A stretch of DNA of 64,000 nt from an uncultured Alphaproteobacteria bacterium (GTDB taxonomy: Bacteria > Pseudomonadota > Alphaproteobacteria > HIMB59 > GCA-002718135): assembly GCA_902518895.1 (NCBI GenBank), contig CABYHL010000001.1, positions 10,423 through 74,422 of the forward strand, in the 5' to 3' direction. The position numbers and the translations under genes are program-made. A model generated the notes under the pieces. It was not told where the DNA came from. It saw only the letters and a list, made by a program, of their open reading frames with translations, and searched no databases. Shown here piece by piece: positions 52,855 to 61,693 of the stretch (position 1 is the stretch's first letter; each line of letters begins with the position of its first letter).

Positions 52855-53958
52855 ATGTCTAAATTTTTAAAAGCCTTCTTATTTGTGTCACTTGTATTTG
52901 TTCCTTTTGCAGCTAGCGCTGTAACAGTTGCTTCATGGGGTGGTGCTTATACAGAAAGTCAACAAAAAGCTTATGCTGATACATATTCTGATCCTAGCTC
53001 AATTGTCTTTGAAAACTACAATGGAGGTTTAGGTGAAGTAAGAGCTCAAGTAGAAAGTGGAAGTGTTACTTGGGATATAGTAGATGTATTACCATCTGAT
53101 GCAATCACAGGTTGTGATGAAGGTCTATTTGAAGATATTTCTTCTGAAATTGCTGAATTATCAACTCCAGGCCCTGATGGTGAATCAATGTTAGAAGATA
53201 TGGAAAATAATGGTCTTGAATACCACTCTGGTTGGGACTGTTGTGTACCACAAATCTTTTGGACATACGTTGTATTTTATGACCCAGATGCATTCCCTGG
53301 AGAGAAGCCAGACAGTATGGCAGACTTTTTTGATACAGAAAAATTTCCTGGTAAAAGAGGTATTCATACTTGGGCAACAGGTGTAATCGAAAAAGCTATG
53401 GTAGCAGATGGAGTAAGTCCAAATGCAGTTCCTACAGTTTTAGCTAACCAAACAGGTGCTATTGATAGAGCATTTGAAGTTATGGACAGAATTAAGGACG
53501 ATGTTGTTTTCTGGTCTGCTGGTTCACAACCACTTGAGTTAGTAAAAAGTGGTGAAGTTATTATGGCTATTGCATATAACGGTCGTGTAGGTGCAGCAAA
53601 CTTAGCTGAAGGTGAAAACTTTGAGTATATTTGGGAAGGTCAGGTTTTAGACCAAGAGTATCTTTGTCTAACTGCTGGAGCTCCTAATAGAGATGCAGCT
53701 ATTGACTTTATGATGCATGCTTCAACTCCTGAAGCACAAGCTGAACAAGCTAAATATATTACATATGGACCAATGAGAGCATCTGGTATTCCAATCATTG
53801 AAAACAATGAGCCTTGGGGACCAGGAGGTGTTGATATTATGCCTCATATGCCCAACACACCAGAACGTTTAAAAGTTTCAATCGTGAGTGATCCACAATG
53901 GTGGTCAGATTACGGTGCAGAAATTAACGAGCGTTATGCTGCATGGATGGGTAACTAA
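52855..53958 (+). CDS. ABC transporter solute-binding protein, PotD-like family (polyamine/osmolyte)
   Basis: Signal peptide ending ASA; SWGGAYTESQ, TWDIVD, GCDEGL, KFPGKR, AYNGR; AGGAGG SD. Confidence 0.9.
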   Translation: MSKFLKAFLFVSLVFVPFAASAVTVASWGGAYTESQQKAYADTYSDPSSIVFENYNGGLGEVRAQVESGSVTWDIVDVLPSDAITGCDEGLFEDISSEIAELSTPGPDGESMLEDMENNGLEYHSGWDCCVPQIFWTYVVFYDPDAFPGEKPDSMADFFDTEKFPGKRGIHTWATGVIEKAMVADGVSPNAVPTVLANQTGAIDRAFEVMDRIKDDVVFWSAGSQPLELVKSGEVIMAIAYNGRVGAANLAEGENFEYIWEGQVLDQEYLCLTAGAPNRDAAIDFMMHASTPEAQAEQAKYITYGPMRASGIPIIENNEPWGPGGVDIMPHMPNTPERLKVSIVSDPQWWSDYGAEINERYAAWMGN

Positions 53959-53989
53959 GCTTGATAAATTAAAATTTGTAATTTAATCT

Positions 53990-54015
53990 AAAGGCGAGAA
54001 TTATCTCGCCTTTTT
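53990..54015 (+). terminator. Intra-operonic stem-loop/intrinsic terminator after the SBP gene
   Basis: aaaggcgaga-atta-tctcgccttt followed by a T-run. Confidence 0.75.
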
Positions 54016-54029
54016 ATTTGGAGGTTACT

Positions 54030-55295
54030 ATTTCTACAGCTGAATTATTAACTACTGACGGTATCCCACTTAAACAAAGTCTTCGCAAAGCTGAAAGAAG
54101 AAATAAACTTCGAGCTTTTCTTCTGGTTTTTCCTTTACTTCTTTTTATTATTGTTACTTTTGTAATGCCAATCGGAGATATGCTTCTCAGGAGTGTTGAC
54201 GATAGCCAAATTAATTCAGTTTTTCCCAATACTTTTGAAGAATATAAAAACTGGGATAAAGGAGCAGACGAACTACCTCCAGAAGAAGTATATAAAAGTC
54301 TTTTTTTCGAACTAGCCAATGGAGACAAAAGGCAGATAGGTAAAGCTTTAACAAGAATGAATTATGCTAAATCTGGCTGGAAAAGTTTAATAAAAAAAAC
54401 CTCTAGAGAAATAAAAAAAATTGTAAAAAAGGGCGAAGAGCCTGTTTCGTACAAAGATACATTTATAAAAATAAATAAGTTTTGGGGTGATCCAACTTAC
54501 TGGTACTCTTTTAACCAAATGGTAAATGATAGATCTTCAATTTATTATTGGAACGCACTTGATAGAACATTTGATGAAGATGGAGATGTTGTTCTACAAG
54601 ATGAAAAAAGAAGAATGTATATAAAAACTTGGCTTAGAACTTTTAAGGTAAGTGTATATGTTACAATTTTTTGCTTAATTCTTGGTTTTCCGGTTGCTCA
54701 TCTATTAGCTAATCTACCTCTTAGATACAGTAATCTTTTAATGATTTTTGTACTATTACCCTTTTGGACTTCCTTACTTGTGAGAACAACAGCATGGATT
54801 GTAATGCTTCAACAAAATGGCGTTATCAATGGAATTTTAGTTTGGTTAGGTGTTATAAGCGATGATGGTCGTATTCAAATGGTTTACAATGAGGCTGGAA
54901 CTTTAATTGCTATGACTCAAATTTTATTACCATTTATGATTTTACCTTTGTATAGCGTAATGAGAGTAATTCCTAAAAGTCATATGAGAGCAGCTCAAAA
55001 CTTAGGCGCTAAACCTGCAATGGCATTTTGGCGTGTTTACTTGCCACAGACTATTCCTGGTATAAGTGCTGGAGGTTTATTAGTATTTGTTCTTGCAATT
55101 GGATATTTTATAACCCCTGAATTAGTTGGAGGAAAAGATGGTAAATTAATTGGAAGTTGGATAGCATACCATTTAAAAACTACACTCAATTGGGGATTGT
55201 GTGCTGCTCTTGGAGGTATACTTCTTGGTATAATGCTGATCTTCTATTGGCTTTACAATAAAATTGTTGGAATAGACAACATAAAGTTAGGATAA
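54030..55295 (+). CDS. ABC transporter permease, PotB-type with a large periplasmic insertion (start either ATT 54030 or TTG 54018)
   Basis: LLPFWTSLLVRT.AW, LPFMILPLY, EAA-like RAAQNLGA..AFWRVYLP; GGAGGT SD at 54020-54025. Confidence 0.88.
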   Translation: MSTAELLTTDGIPLKQSLRKAERRNKLRAFLLVFPLLLFIIVTFVMPIGDMLLRSVDDSQINSVFPNTFEEYKNWDKGADELPPEEVYKSLFFELANGDKRQIGKALTRMNYAKSGWKSLIKKTSREIKKIVKKGEEPVSYKDTFIKINKFWGDPTYWYSFNQMVNDRSSIYYWNALDRTFDEDGDVVLQDEKRRMYIKTWLRTFKVSVYVTIFCLILGFPVAHLLANLPLRYSNLLMIFVLLPFWTSLLVRTTAWIVMLQQNGVINGILVWLGVISDDGRIQMVYNEAGTLIAMTQILLPFMILPLYSVMRVIPKSHMRAAQNLGAKPAMAFWRVYLPQTIPGISAGGLLVFVLAIGYFITPELVGGKDGKLIGSWIAYHLKTTLNWGLCAALGGILLGIMLIFYWLYNKIVGIDNIKLG

Positions 55296-55299
55296 TAAT

Positions 55300-56196
55300 A
55301 TGGCTCTCCCAAGTTACGCATCACCAGTTCAAAGAACATACTATTACTTTTATTTATTTTTTTGCACTGTAGTTTTCTTCTTTTTAATAGCACCACTATT
55401 TGCAATTATTCCAATATCTTTCAGCGTTTCACCTTTTATGGTTTTTACAGAAGGAATGCTGGCTTGGCCCCCTGATCCTGAAGCTTGGTCGATACGATGG
55501 TATAAAAATATGATTGGTGATTGTAGTGCTGACGTCGTTTCATCTACAGTCCCATGTTCAACAAAGTGGATGGTTGGTACAGTAAATAGTTTTTATATAG
55601 GTATTATTGCAACTGTTATTGCTACAGCTTTAGGAACACTGGCAGCTCTTGGTTTAAGTAGACCACATATGCCATATAAAGGTTTGATAATGGCAATATT
55701 AATTTCACCAATGATTGTTCCATTAATTATAACAGCTGCAGGAATGTTCTTCTTCTATGCAAGAATAAATCTTGTTTATACTTTCACAGGTGTTATTCTT
55801 GCACATGTTGCTCTTGCTACACCTTTTGTAGTAATCACTGTAACGGCAACATTAGTTGGTTTTGATATGAATATGGTAAAAGCAGCTCAAAGCTTAGGCG
55901 CTAAACCAATGAGAACATTTTTTAAAGTCATTATGCCATTGATTTTACCAGGTATTATATCAGGAGCTTTATTTGCGTTTATTACATCGTTTGATGAAGT
56001 TGTTATAGTTATGTTTATGGCTAGTATTGATCAATTAACTATTCCAAAACAAATGTGGGCCGGGATACGACAAGAAATTAGCCCTGTTATTTTATGTATG
56101 GCTACTTGTTTAGTGCTTCTTTCTATATTTTTATTAACTACAGTTGAGCTACTTAGAAGAAGGTCTGAAAAACTCAGAGGTATTAAAGCTCGATAG
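55300..56196 (+). CDS. ABC transporter permease, PotC-type
   Basis: SPMIVP, LAH..LATPFV, AAQSLGA, SFDEVV. Confidence 0.9.
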   Translation: MALPSYASPVQRTYYYFYLFFCTVVFFFLIAPLFAIIPISFSVSPFMVFTEGMLAWPPDPEAWSIRWYKNMIGDCSADVVSSTVPCSTKWMVGTVNSFYIGIIATVIATALGTLAALGLSRPHMPYKGLIMAILISPMIVPLIITAAGMFFFYARINLVYTFTGVILAHVALATPFVVITVTATLVGFDMNMVKAAQSLGAKPMRTFFKVIMPLILPGIISGALFAFITSFDEVVIVMFMASIDQLTIPKQMWAGIRQEISPVILCMATCLVLLSIFLLTTVELLRRRSEKLRGIKAR

Positions 56197-56200
56197 AACA

Positions 56201-57430
56201 GTGAAGAACATTGCTGTTATTGGTGCTGGCATAGTTGGTATATGTAGCGCATATTTTTTAAAAAAATCTGGATTTAATGTAACTTTAATTGACAGGGAGC
56301 AGCCTGGTTCAATGACAAGTTTTGGTCATGCTTGTACTTTTGCAGACTATGCAAATGTTCCTGTAAATTATCCTGGATTGATTTGGGATATACCATCAAT
56401 GCTCTTAAGAAAAGATGGACCTTTGGCAGTTGATTTTTTTTATATTTTAAAGAACTTGCCTTGGGCAATAAGTTTTTTAAAAAACTGTAAAAAAGAAAAA
56501 GTTAATGAAATAGCAAACTCTCTTACCAACCTATTAAAACACTCACAAATATCTTACGATGAAATTTTTCAAGATGTAAATGTAAAAGAATATATTAGTC
56601 ATGAAGAAAATCTTTATCTTTTTGATTCAAAAAAATCTTATGAAAATTATGAATACGCAAACATTATTAGAAAAAATAATAACGTTAAAGTAAGAAATTT
56701 AAATAAAGATGAAGTTAAAGAATTAGAACCAAATTTAGCTGATGTTTATTATTCTGGGCAAGTCTTTACTGGATCGAGACACACAACAAATCCATTAGCA
56801 ATAAGTACTAAAATTTTTGAAAAGTTTTTAGAATTAGGTGGTATTTATATAAATCAAAATATAAAAAATTTAACGCAGAAAGAAAAAAATATTGAATTAT
56901 TTTTAGAAAATAAAAAACTTTATTTTGATAAAATAATTGTAAGTGCTGGTGCTTGGTCCAATGAAATTGCAAACAAGCTTGGAGATAAATTCCCTCTTGA
57001 CACCGAAAGAGGATATCACCTTTTATTTGAAACTGATGAGAAATTAATAAATCGTCCCGTTGCTTGGTCTGAGTCTGGATTTTATTTAATACAAATTCAT
57101 AATGGTATAAGAGCTGCTGGTACAGTTGAAATAGCAGGTTTAAATAAACCACCTAATAAAAAACGTCTTGAAATGATAGAAAGACAATCAAGAAAGGTTT
57201 TACCTCAATTGAAAGAAGTAAGATCAACATGGATGGGTAGAAGGCCTACTTTACCAGACTCATTACCTGTTATTGGAAAGTCTCGCAAAAATAATAATGT
57301 CATTTATGCATTTGGACATCAACATATTGGCTGGACTTTAGGAGCTGTTACGGGAAAAATTATTGATAGTTTATCAAAAGATCAATTGCCAAATATAGAT
57401 ATTAGCGCTTATTCTCCTAACCGATTTTAA
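56201..57430 (+). CDS. FAD-dependent D-amino-acid dehydrogenase (DadA-like; GTG start)
   Basis: IAVIGAGIVG, TSFG.A, AGAWS, ERGYH, AGTVE, W.G.RP.LPDSLPVIG, AFGHQH.G.T. Confidence 0.85.
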   Translation: MKNIAVIGAGIVGICSAYFLKKSGFNVTLIDREQPGSMTSFGHACTFADYANVPVNYPGLIWDIPSMLLRKDGPLAVDFFYILKNLPWAISFLKNCKKEKVNEIANSLTNLLKHSQISYDEIFQDVNVKEYISHEENLYLFDSKKSYENYEYANIIRKNNNVKVRNLNKDEVKELEPNLADVYYSGQVFTGSRHTTNPLAISTKIFEKFLELGGIYINQNIKNLTQKEKNIELFLENKKLYFDKIIVSAGAWSNEIANKLGDKFPLDTERGYHLLFETDEKLINRPVAWSESGFYLIQIHNGIRAAGTVEIAGLNKPPNKKRLEMIERQSRKVLPQLKEVRSTWMGRRPTLPDSLPVIGKSRKNNNVIYAFGHQHIGWTLGAVTGKIIDSLSKDQLPNIDISAYSPNRF

Positions 57431-58860
57431 CCTAAACTAATTCCAACATTTTTGACTTGAAGATAAGATTTAAGTCCATCTACTCCTTTTTCACGGCTAT
57501 ATCCTGATTGTTTATAACCTCCAAAAGGAGTTGCATGATTTCCAGTAAACCATTTATTTACATATACTTGACCAGCTTCTAATTTGCTTGCAGTCCAAGA
57601 TGCTTTTTTAAGATCTTTTGTAAACACTCCAGCACCTAAACCATACTCAGTATCATTAGCAATATCAATTGCTTCTTCTTGATCTTCATATTCAAGAACT
57701 GATAGTACTGGACCAAAAATTTCTTCTCTGGCTACAGTCATACTTTGTTTAACATTATTTAGAACTGTTGGTTCCATAAAATATCCTTCACGTTCTAATC
57801 TTTTTCCACCATACGCTGCTTCTGCTCCTTCTTGGATTCCTGATCTTGCATAACCTTCAACTTTTTGAAGCTGATTTTCAGATATAACCGGAGTTAGGTC
57901 TGTATCTTTTTCTATACCAGGTCCAATTTTTAAAGTTTTACTCATATCAACAAGCTTATCAACTAATTCATCTTTGATTGATTTATGAACTACCAATCTA
58001 GACATCGCTGTACAAATTTGTCCTGCAACACTAAATATTCCTGAACGTGCACTCTCTAAAACTTCATTTAGATCTGCGTCAGGGTACACTATACCAGCTG
58101 ACTTACCACCTAATTCAACTACAGCAGGTATAGCTTTGTCAGCACAAGCATGAAGTATCTTTTTTCCAGTTGCGACTGAACCTGTAAATACTACGTGATT
58201 TACATCTTCATGAGATACAAGATAAGATCCTGCCTCATTCCCATATCCACAAATTATGTTTATTAATCCTTCAGGTACTCCAGCATTTTGTATTGCTTTA
58301 GCAAAAACTGTTGCTGACAAGGGGGTTAATTCTGCAGTTTTAATAATTGTTGAATTTCCTGTAGCAAAAGAACACGACAGTGATCTTCCAATCATTGATA
58401 ATGGAAAATTCCATGGCACAACATGTGCTGATACACCAAATGGTTCTAAAACTGTGTAATCAAAAACATTTTTTGCAACAGGTATTGTTTTACCTTCAAG
58501 TTTATCTGTTAAGCCTGCATAATAATCAAACATATCTGCTACATCATTGAATTCTTTAATTGCTGAAGCAATATTTTTTCCATTTTCATAACAAAGAAGC
58601 TCACCACCTTCTTTTGAAACCTTTCTTGTCTCTTCTGCAATTTTTCTCATTAGTTTCGCTCTTGAAAGTAAAGGCATATCAACAAGTACTCTGCTGTTAT
58701 AAGAATTTTTAGCTGCTTCAACCGCAAGATCAACTTCATTTTTTTTTGCACATGAAATTTCGCCAATGATTTTACCATTTGAAGGATCATCAACCTTTAT
58801 TGTTTCTTTGGACTCACTTTCAATCCATTTATTATTTATAAAATTCTTATATTTTTCCAT
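57427..58860 (-). CDS. NAD-dependent aldehyde dehydrogenase
   Basis: PWNFP, FTGS, ELGGKS, AGQIC, EEIFGPV, PFGGYKQSG. Confidence 0.93.
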   Translation of the reverse strand: MEKYKNFINNKWIESESKETIKVDDPSNGKIIGEISCAKKNEVDLAVEAAKNSYNSRVLVDMPLLSRAKLMRKIAEETRKVSKEGGELLCYENGKNIASAIKEFNDVADMFDYYAGLTDKLEGKTIPVAKNVFDYTVLEPFGVSAHVVPWNFPLSMIGRSLSCSFATGNSTIIKTAELTPLSATVFAKAIQNAGVPEGLINIICGYGNEAGSYLVSHEDVNHVVFTGSVATGKKILHACADKAIPAVVELGGKSAGIVYPDADLNEVLESARSGIFSVAGQICTAMSRLVVHKSIKDELVDKLVDMSKTLKIGPGIEKDTDLTPVISENQLQKVEGYARSGIQEGAEAAYGGKRLEREGYFMEPTVLNNVKQSMTVAREEIFGPVLSVLEYEDQEEAIDIANDTEYGLGAGVFTKDLKKASWTASKLEAGQVYVNKWFTGNHATPFGGYKQSGYSREKGVDGLKSYLQVKNVGISLG

Positions 58861-58944
58861 TTTCTGCGTTTTTTAATCAATTATTTTTGTTTCATTCTTT
58901 ATCATTTAGGATATGAAAATGATACAAATTTAATTTTAAGAAAC

Positions 58945-60303
58945 ATGAGTATTACATTTAATCAGTTAAAAAAACTAATAACAAAAAAAGAAATAGATAC
59001 AGTTTTAGTTTGCGTATCAGATATGCAAGGTAGACTAAATGGTAAAAGAGTTACTGGAAAAGCTTTTATTGATTATGTCTATAAAGAAACGCATATGTGC
59101 GATTATCTTTATACCGTCGATATGGATATGTTTACTGTACCCGGATATAAATCTTCTTCATGGGAAACGGGTTATGGTGATATGACTGTAATTCCAGATC
59201 TCAAAACGATAAAGGTAGCAAATTGGTTAAATAAAACAGCTATAGTAATATGTGATTGTTTAGACCATTCAGGAAAAAAACCACTTATTCATTCAACAAG
59301 ACAGATATTAAAAGATGTTTTAGCTAAGGCAGACAAAATGGGATTTCAATCTATGGTTGGCTCAGAATTAGAATTTTTTCTTTTTAATCAAACTTATGAT
59401 GAAATTCATAATAATAATTATACAAAACTTAAAGAGTCTTCTTGGTATATTGAAGATTATATGATTTTCCAAACTACGAAAGAAGAGGATGTGATGCAGG
59501 AATTAAGAAATTCTCTTCTAGATAGTGGGATTTATGTAGAATGTTCAAAGGGTGAAGCAGCTCCAGGACAAGAAGAAATCAATGTTGTTTTTTCTGATGC
59601 ATTAAACATGGCTGACAATCATATTTTAATTAAAAATGCGACAAAAGAAATTGCTTATAAACATAACAAAGCTGTCACCTTTATGGCTAAATATAACAAA
59701 GATGTTTGTGGAAGTTCATGTCATATTCATAACTCTTTATTCGATAAGAAAACAAAGAAAAATATTTTTTATAACCCTAAGGATAAATATGGCATGTCTG
59801 ATATTTTTAAAAGTTATCTTGCAGGACAAATTAAATTATTGCCAGATATATCAATTTTTTTAGCACCAAATATTAATTCTTATAAAAGATTTCAAGATGG
59901 ATCATTTGCTCCTACAAAATCTGTTTGGGGTATTGATAATCGTACTGCTGGGTTTAGACTAGCTGGTCATGGATCATCCATAAGAATTGAATGTCGAGTC
60001 CCAGGAGCGGATGTTAATCCTTATCTTTCTTTTGCTGCTTTAGTTGGTGCTGGTTTATACGGTATTAAAAACAAACTTAAATTAGATAAACCTTATTCAG
60101 GGAATATTTATGAGAAAAAAGTAAATGAAGTTCCTAAAACACTTAACGAAGCAATTCAACTTGCTAAAAAATCTAATTTTTTAAAAGAGATATTTCCACA
60201 AGATGTACTAGATCATTATATCCATGCTGCTGAATGGGAACAAAAAGATTATGATGGTTCAGTTAATGATTGGCAGTTACGAAGATACTTCGAACGAGGC
60301 TAA
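58945..60303 (+). CDS. Glutamine-synthetase-like gamma-glutamyl-amine ligase (PuuA/ethanolamine gamma-glutamylase-like)
   Basis: DMQGRL.GKR, ELEFF, GE..PGQ.E, TFMAK, GSSCHIH.S, NSYKRF, DNRT, E.R.PG.D.NPY; SFAP replaces the true-GS YEAP flap. Confidence 0.88.
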   Translation: MSITFNQLKKLITKKEIDTVLVCVSDMQGRLNGKRVTGKAFIDYVYKETHMCDYLYTVDMDMFTVPGYKSSSWETGYGDMTVIPDLKTIKVANWLNKTAIVICDCLDHSGKKPLIHSTRQILKDVLAKADKMGFQSMVGSELEFFLFNQTYDEIHNNNYTKLKESSWYIEDYMIFQTTKEEDVMQELRNSLLDSGIYVECSKGEAAPGQEEINVVFSDALNMADNHILIKNATKEIAYKHNKAVTFMAKYNKDVCGSSCHIHNSLFDKKTKKNIFYNPKDKYGMSDIFKSYLAGQIKLLPDISIFLAPNINSYKRFQDGSFAPTKSVWGIDNRTAGFRLAGHGSSIRIECRVPGADVNPYLSFAALVGAGLYGIKNKLKLDKPYSGNIYEKKVNEVPKTLNEAIQLAKKSNFLKEIFPQDVLDHYIHAAEWEQKDYDGSVNDWQLRRYFERG

Positions 60304-60312
60304 TATTACTAA

Positions 60313-61689
60313 ATGTTTGAGACTATTACTCCAATAGACAACTCCGTCTTACTTAAAAGAGAATATGCAACAGAAGAAGATATTGAAACAAGTCTCAGCA
60401 ATTCCTATTCTGTAAGACAACATTGGAAAAATATATCTCTAGAAGAGAGAAAAAAGTCAGTTTTAAATTTTGTAGAAATTTTTTTAAAGAATAAAGATGT
60501 TTCTAGTAATTTATGTAAGCAAATAGGTAGACCTATAGCACAGTGCCCAGGAGAGATGCGAGGTTTTGAAGAAAGAGCTCGTTATATGATTGAAAATGCT
60601 GATAGAGCATTATCTAGAGTTGTTTCAATTAAAAATGATGAATTTGATAATTATATAAACAAAGAACCACTAGGGACTATATTTGTAATTGCACCATGGA
60701 ATTACCCTTTCAACACTTCTGTTAATTCAATTGTACCAAGTTTACTTGCAGGTAATGCAGTTATATTAAAACATTCTTCTCAAACTCCACTTTGTGCTGA
60801 AGAATTATATGAGGCAGCTAAACAATCTTCATTACCAAAAAATATTTTTCAGTATTTACATTTAGATCATGATCAAACATCAAGAATAATTTCAGATTCA
60901 AGAATTAATCATGTTTTATTTACAGGTTCTGTAAGTGGCGGAAAAAAAATAAAAAAATCTATAGGCACTAGATTTATTGGAGCCGGTCTAGAGTTAGGTG
61001 GAAAAGATCCAGCTTATGTTAGAGCTGATTGTGACTTAGATCATGCTGTTGAAAATTTAGTTGATGGATCATACTTCAATTCTGGTCAATCTTGTTGTGG
61101 TATCGAAAGAATTTATGTTGATAAAAAAATATACAATACATTTGTAGAAAAATTTAAAGATGTAACTGAGAAATATATTTTAGGAAATCCACTAGAGATG
61201 GAGACAAATTTAGGTCCTGTAGTGAAGCAATCTGCTGCAAATTATATTAGATCTGAAGTTAACAACGCAATTAGTCAAGGTGGAAAGAATATTATAGATA
61301 ACAAAAAATTTAATTTAGATGATGGTAATAATTGTTATGTAAGCCCAAGTGCACTCATAAATGTCGATCATTCGATGAAATATATGATGGAAGAAATATT
61401 CGGTCCTTCAGTTGGAATAATGAAAGTAGAAAATGAAAATGAAGCTTTATCTCTAATGAATGACAGTTCTTATGGGTTAACAGCAAGTATTTGGACAAAT
61501 GATAAGTCTTTTGCAGAAAATTTTGGAAAAAATGTTGAGACAGGAACTTTTTTTATGAATAGATGTGATTATTTAGATCCCGGCTTAGCATGGACCGGTG
61601 TAAAAGATACTGGAATTGGCGTTACTTTATCTGTTCTAGGATTTGATCATTTAACAAGAGCAAAAAGCTATCATATAAGAAATATTTAA
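60313..61689 (+). CDS. Aldehyde dehydrogenase (gamma-glutamyl-aminoaldehyde dehydrogenase-like)
   Basis: APWNYP, FTGSV, LELGGKDPAY, FNSGQSCC.IER, NRCDYLDP.LAWTG. Confidence 0.9.
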   Translation: MFETITPIDNSVLLKREYATEEDIETSLSNSYSVRQHWKNISLEERKKSVLNFVEIFLKNKDVSSNLCKQIGRPIAQCPGEMRGFEERARYMIENADRALSRVVSIKNDEFDNYINKEPLGTIFVIAPWNYPFNTSVNSIVPSLLAGNAVILKHSSQTPLCAEELYEAAKQSSLPKNIFQYLHLDHDQTSRIISDSRINHVLFTGSVSGGKKIKKSIGTRFIGAGLELGGKDPAYVRADCDLDHAVENLVDGSYFNSGQSCCGIERIYVDKKIYNTFVEKFKDVTEKYILGNPLEMETNLGPVVKQSAANYIRSEVNNAISQGGKNIIDNKKFNLDDGNNCYVSPSALINVDHSMKYMMEEIFGPSVGIMKVENENEALSLMNDSSYGLTASIWTNDKSFAENFGKNVETGTFFMNRCDYLDPGLAWTGVKDTGIGVTLSVLGFDHLTRAKSYHIRNI

Positions 61690-61693
61690 GATT

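Noticed and set aside
58945-60303. Annotation as glnA (ammonium-assimilating glutamine synthetase)
   Set aside because: It lacks the YEAP flap and FDGSS motif and lies in an operon with ALDH and ADH
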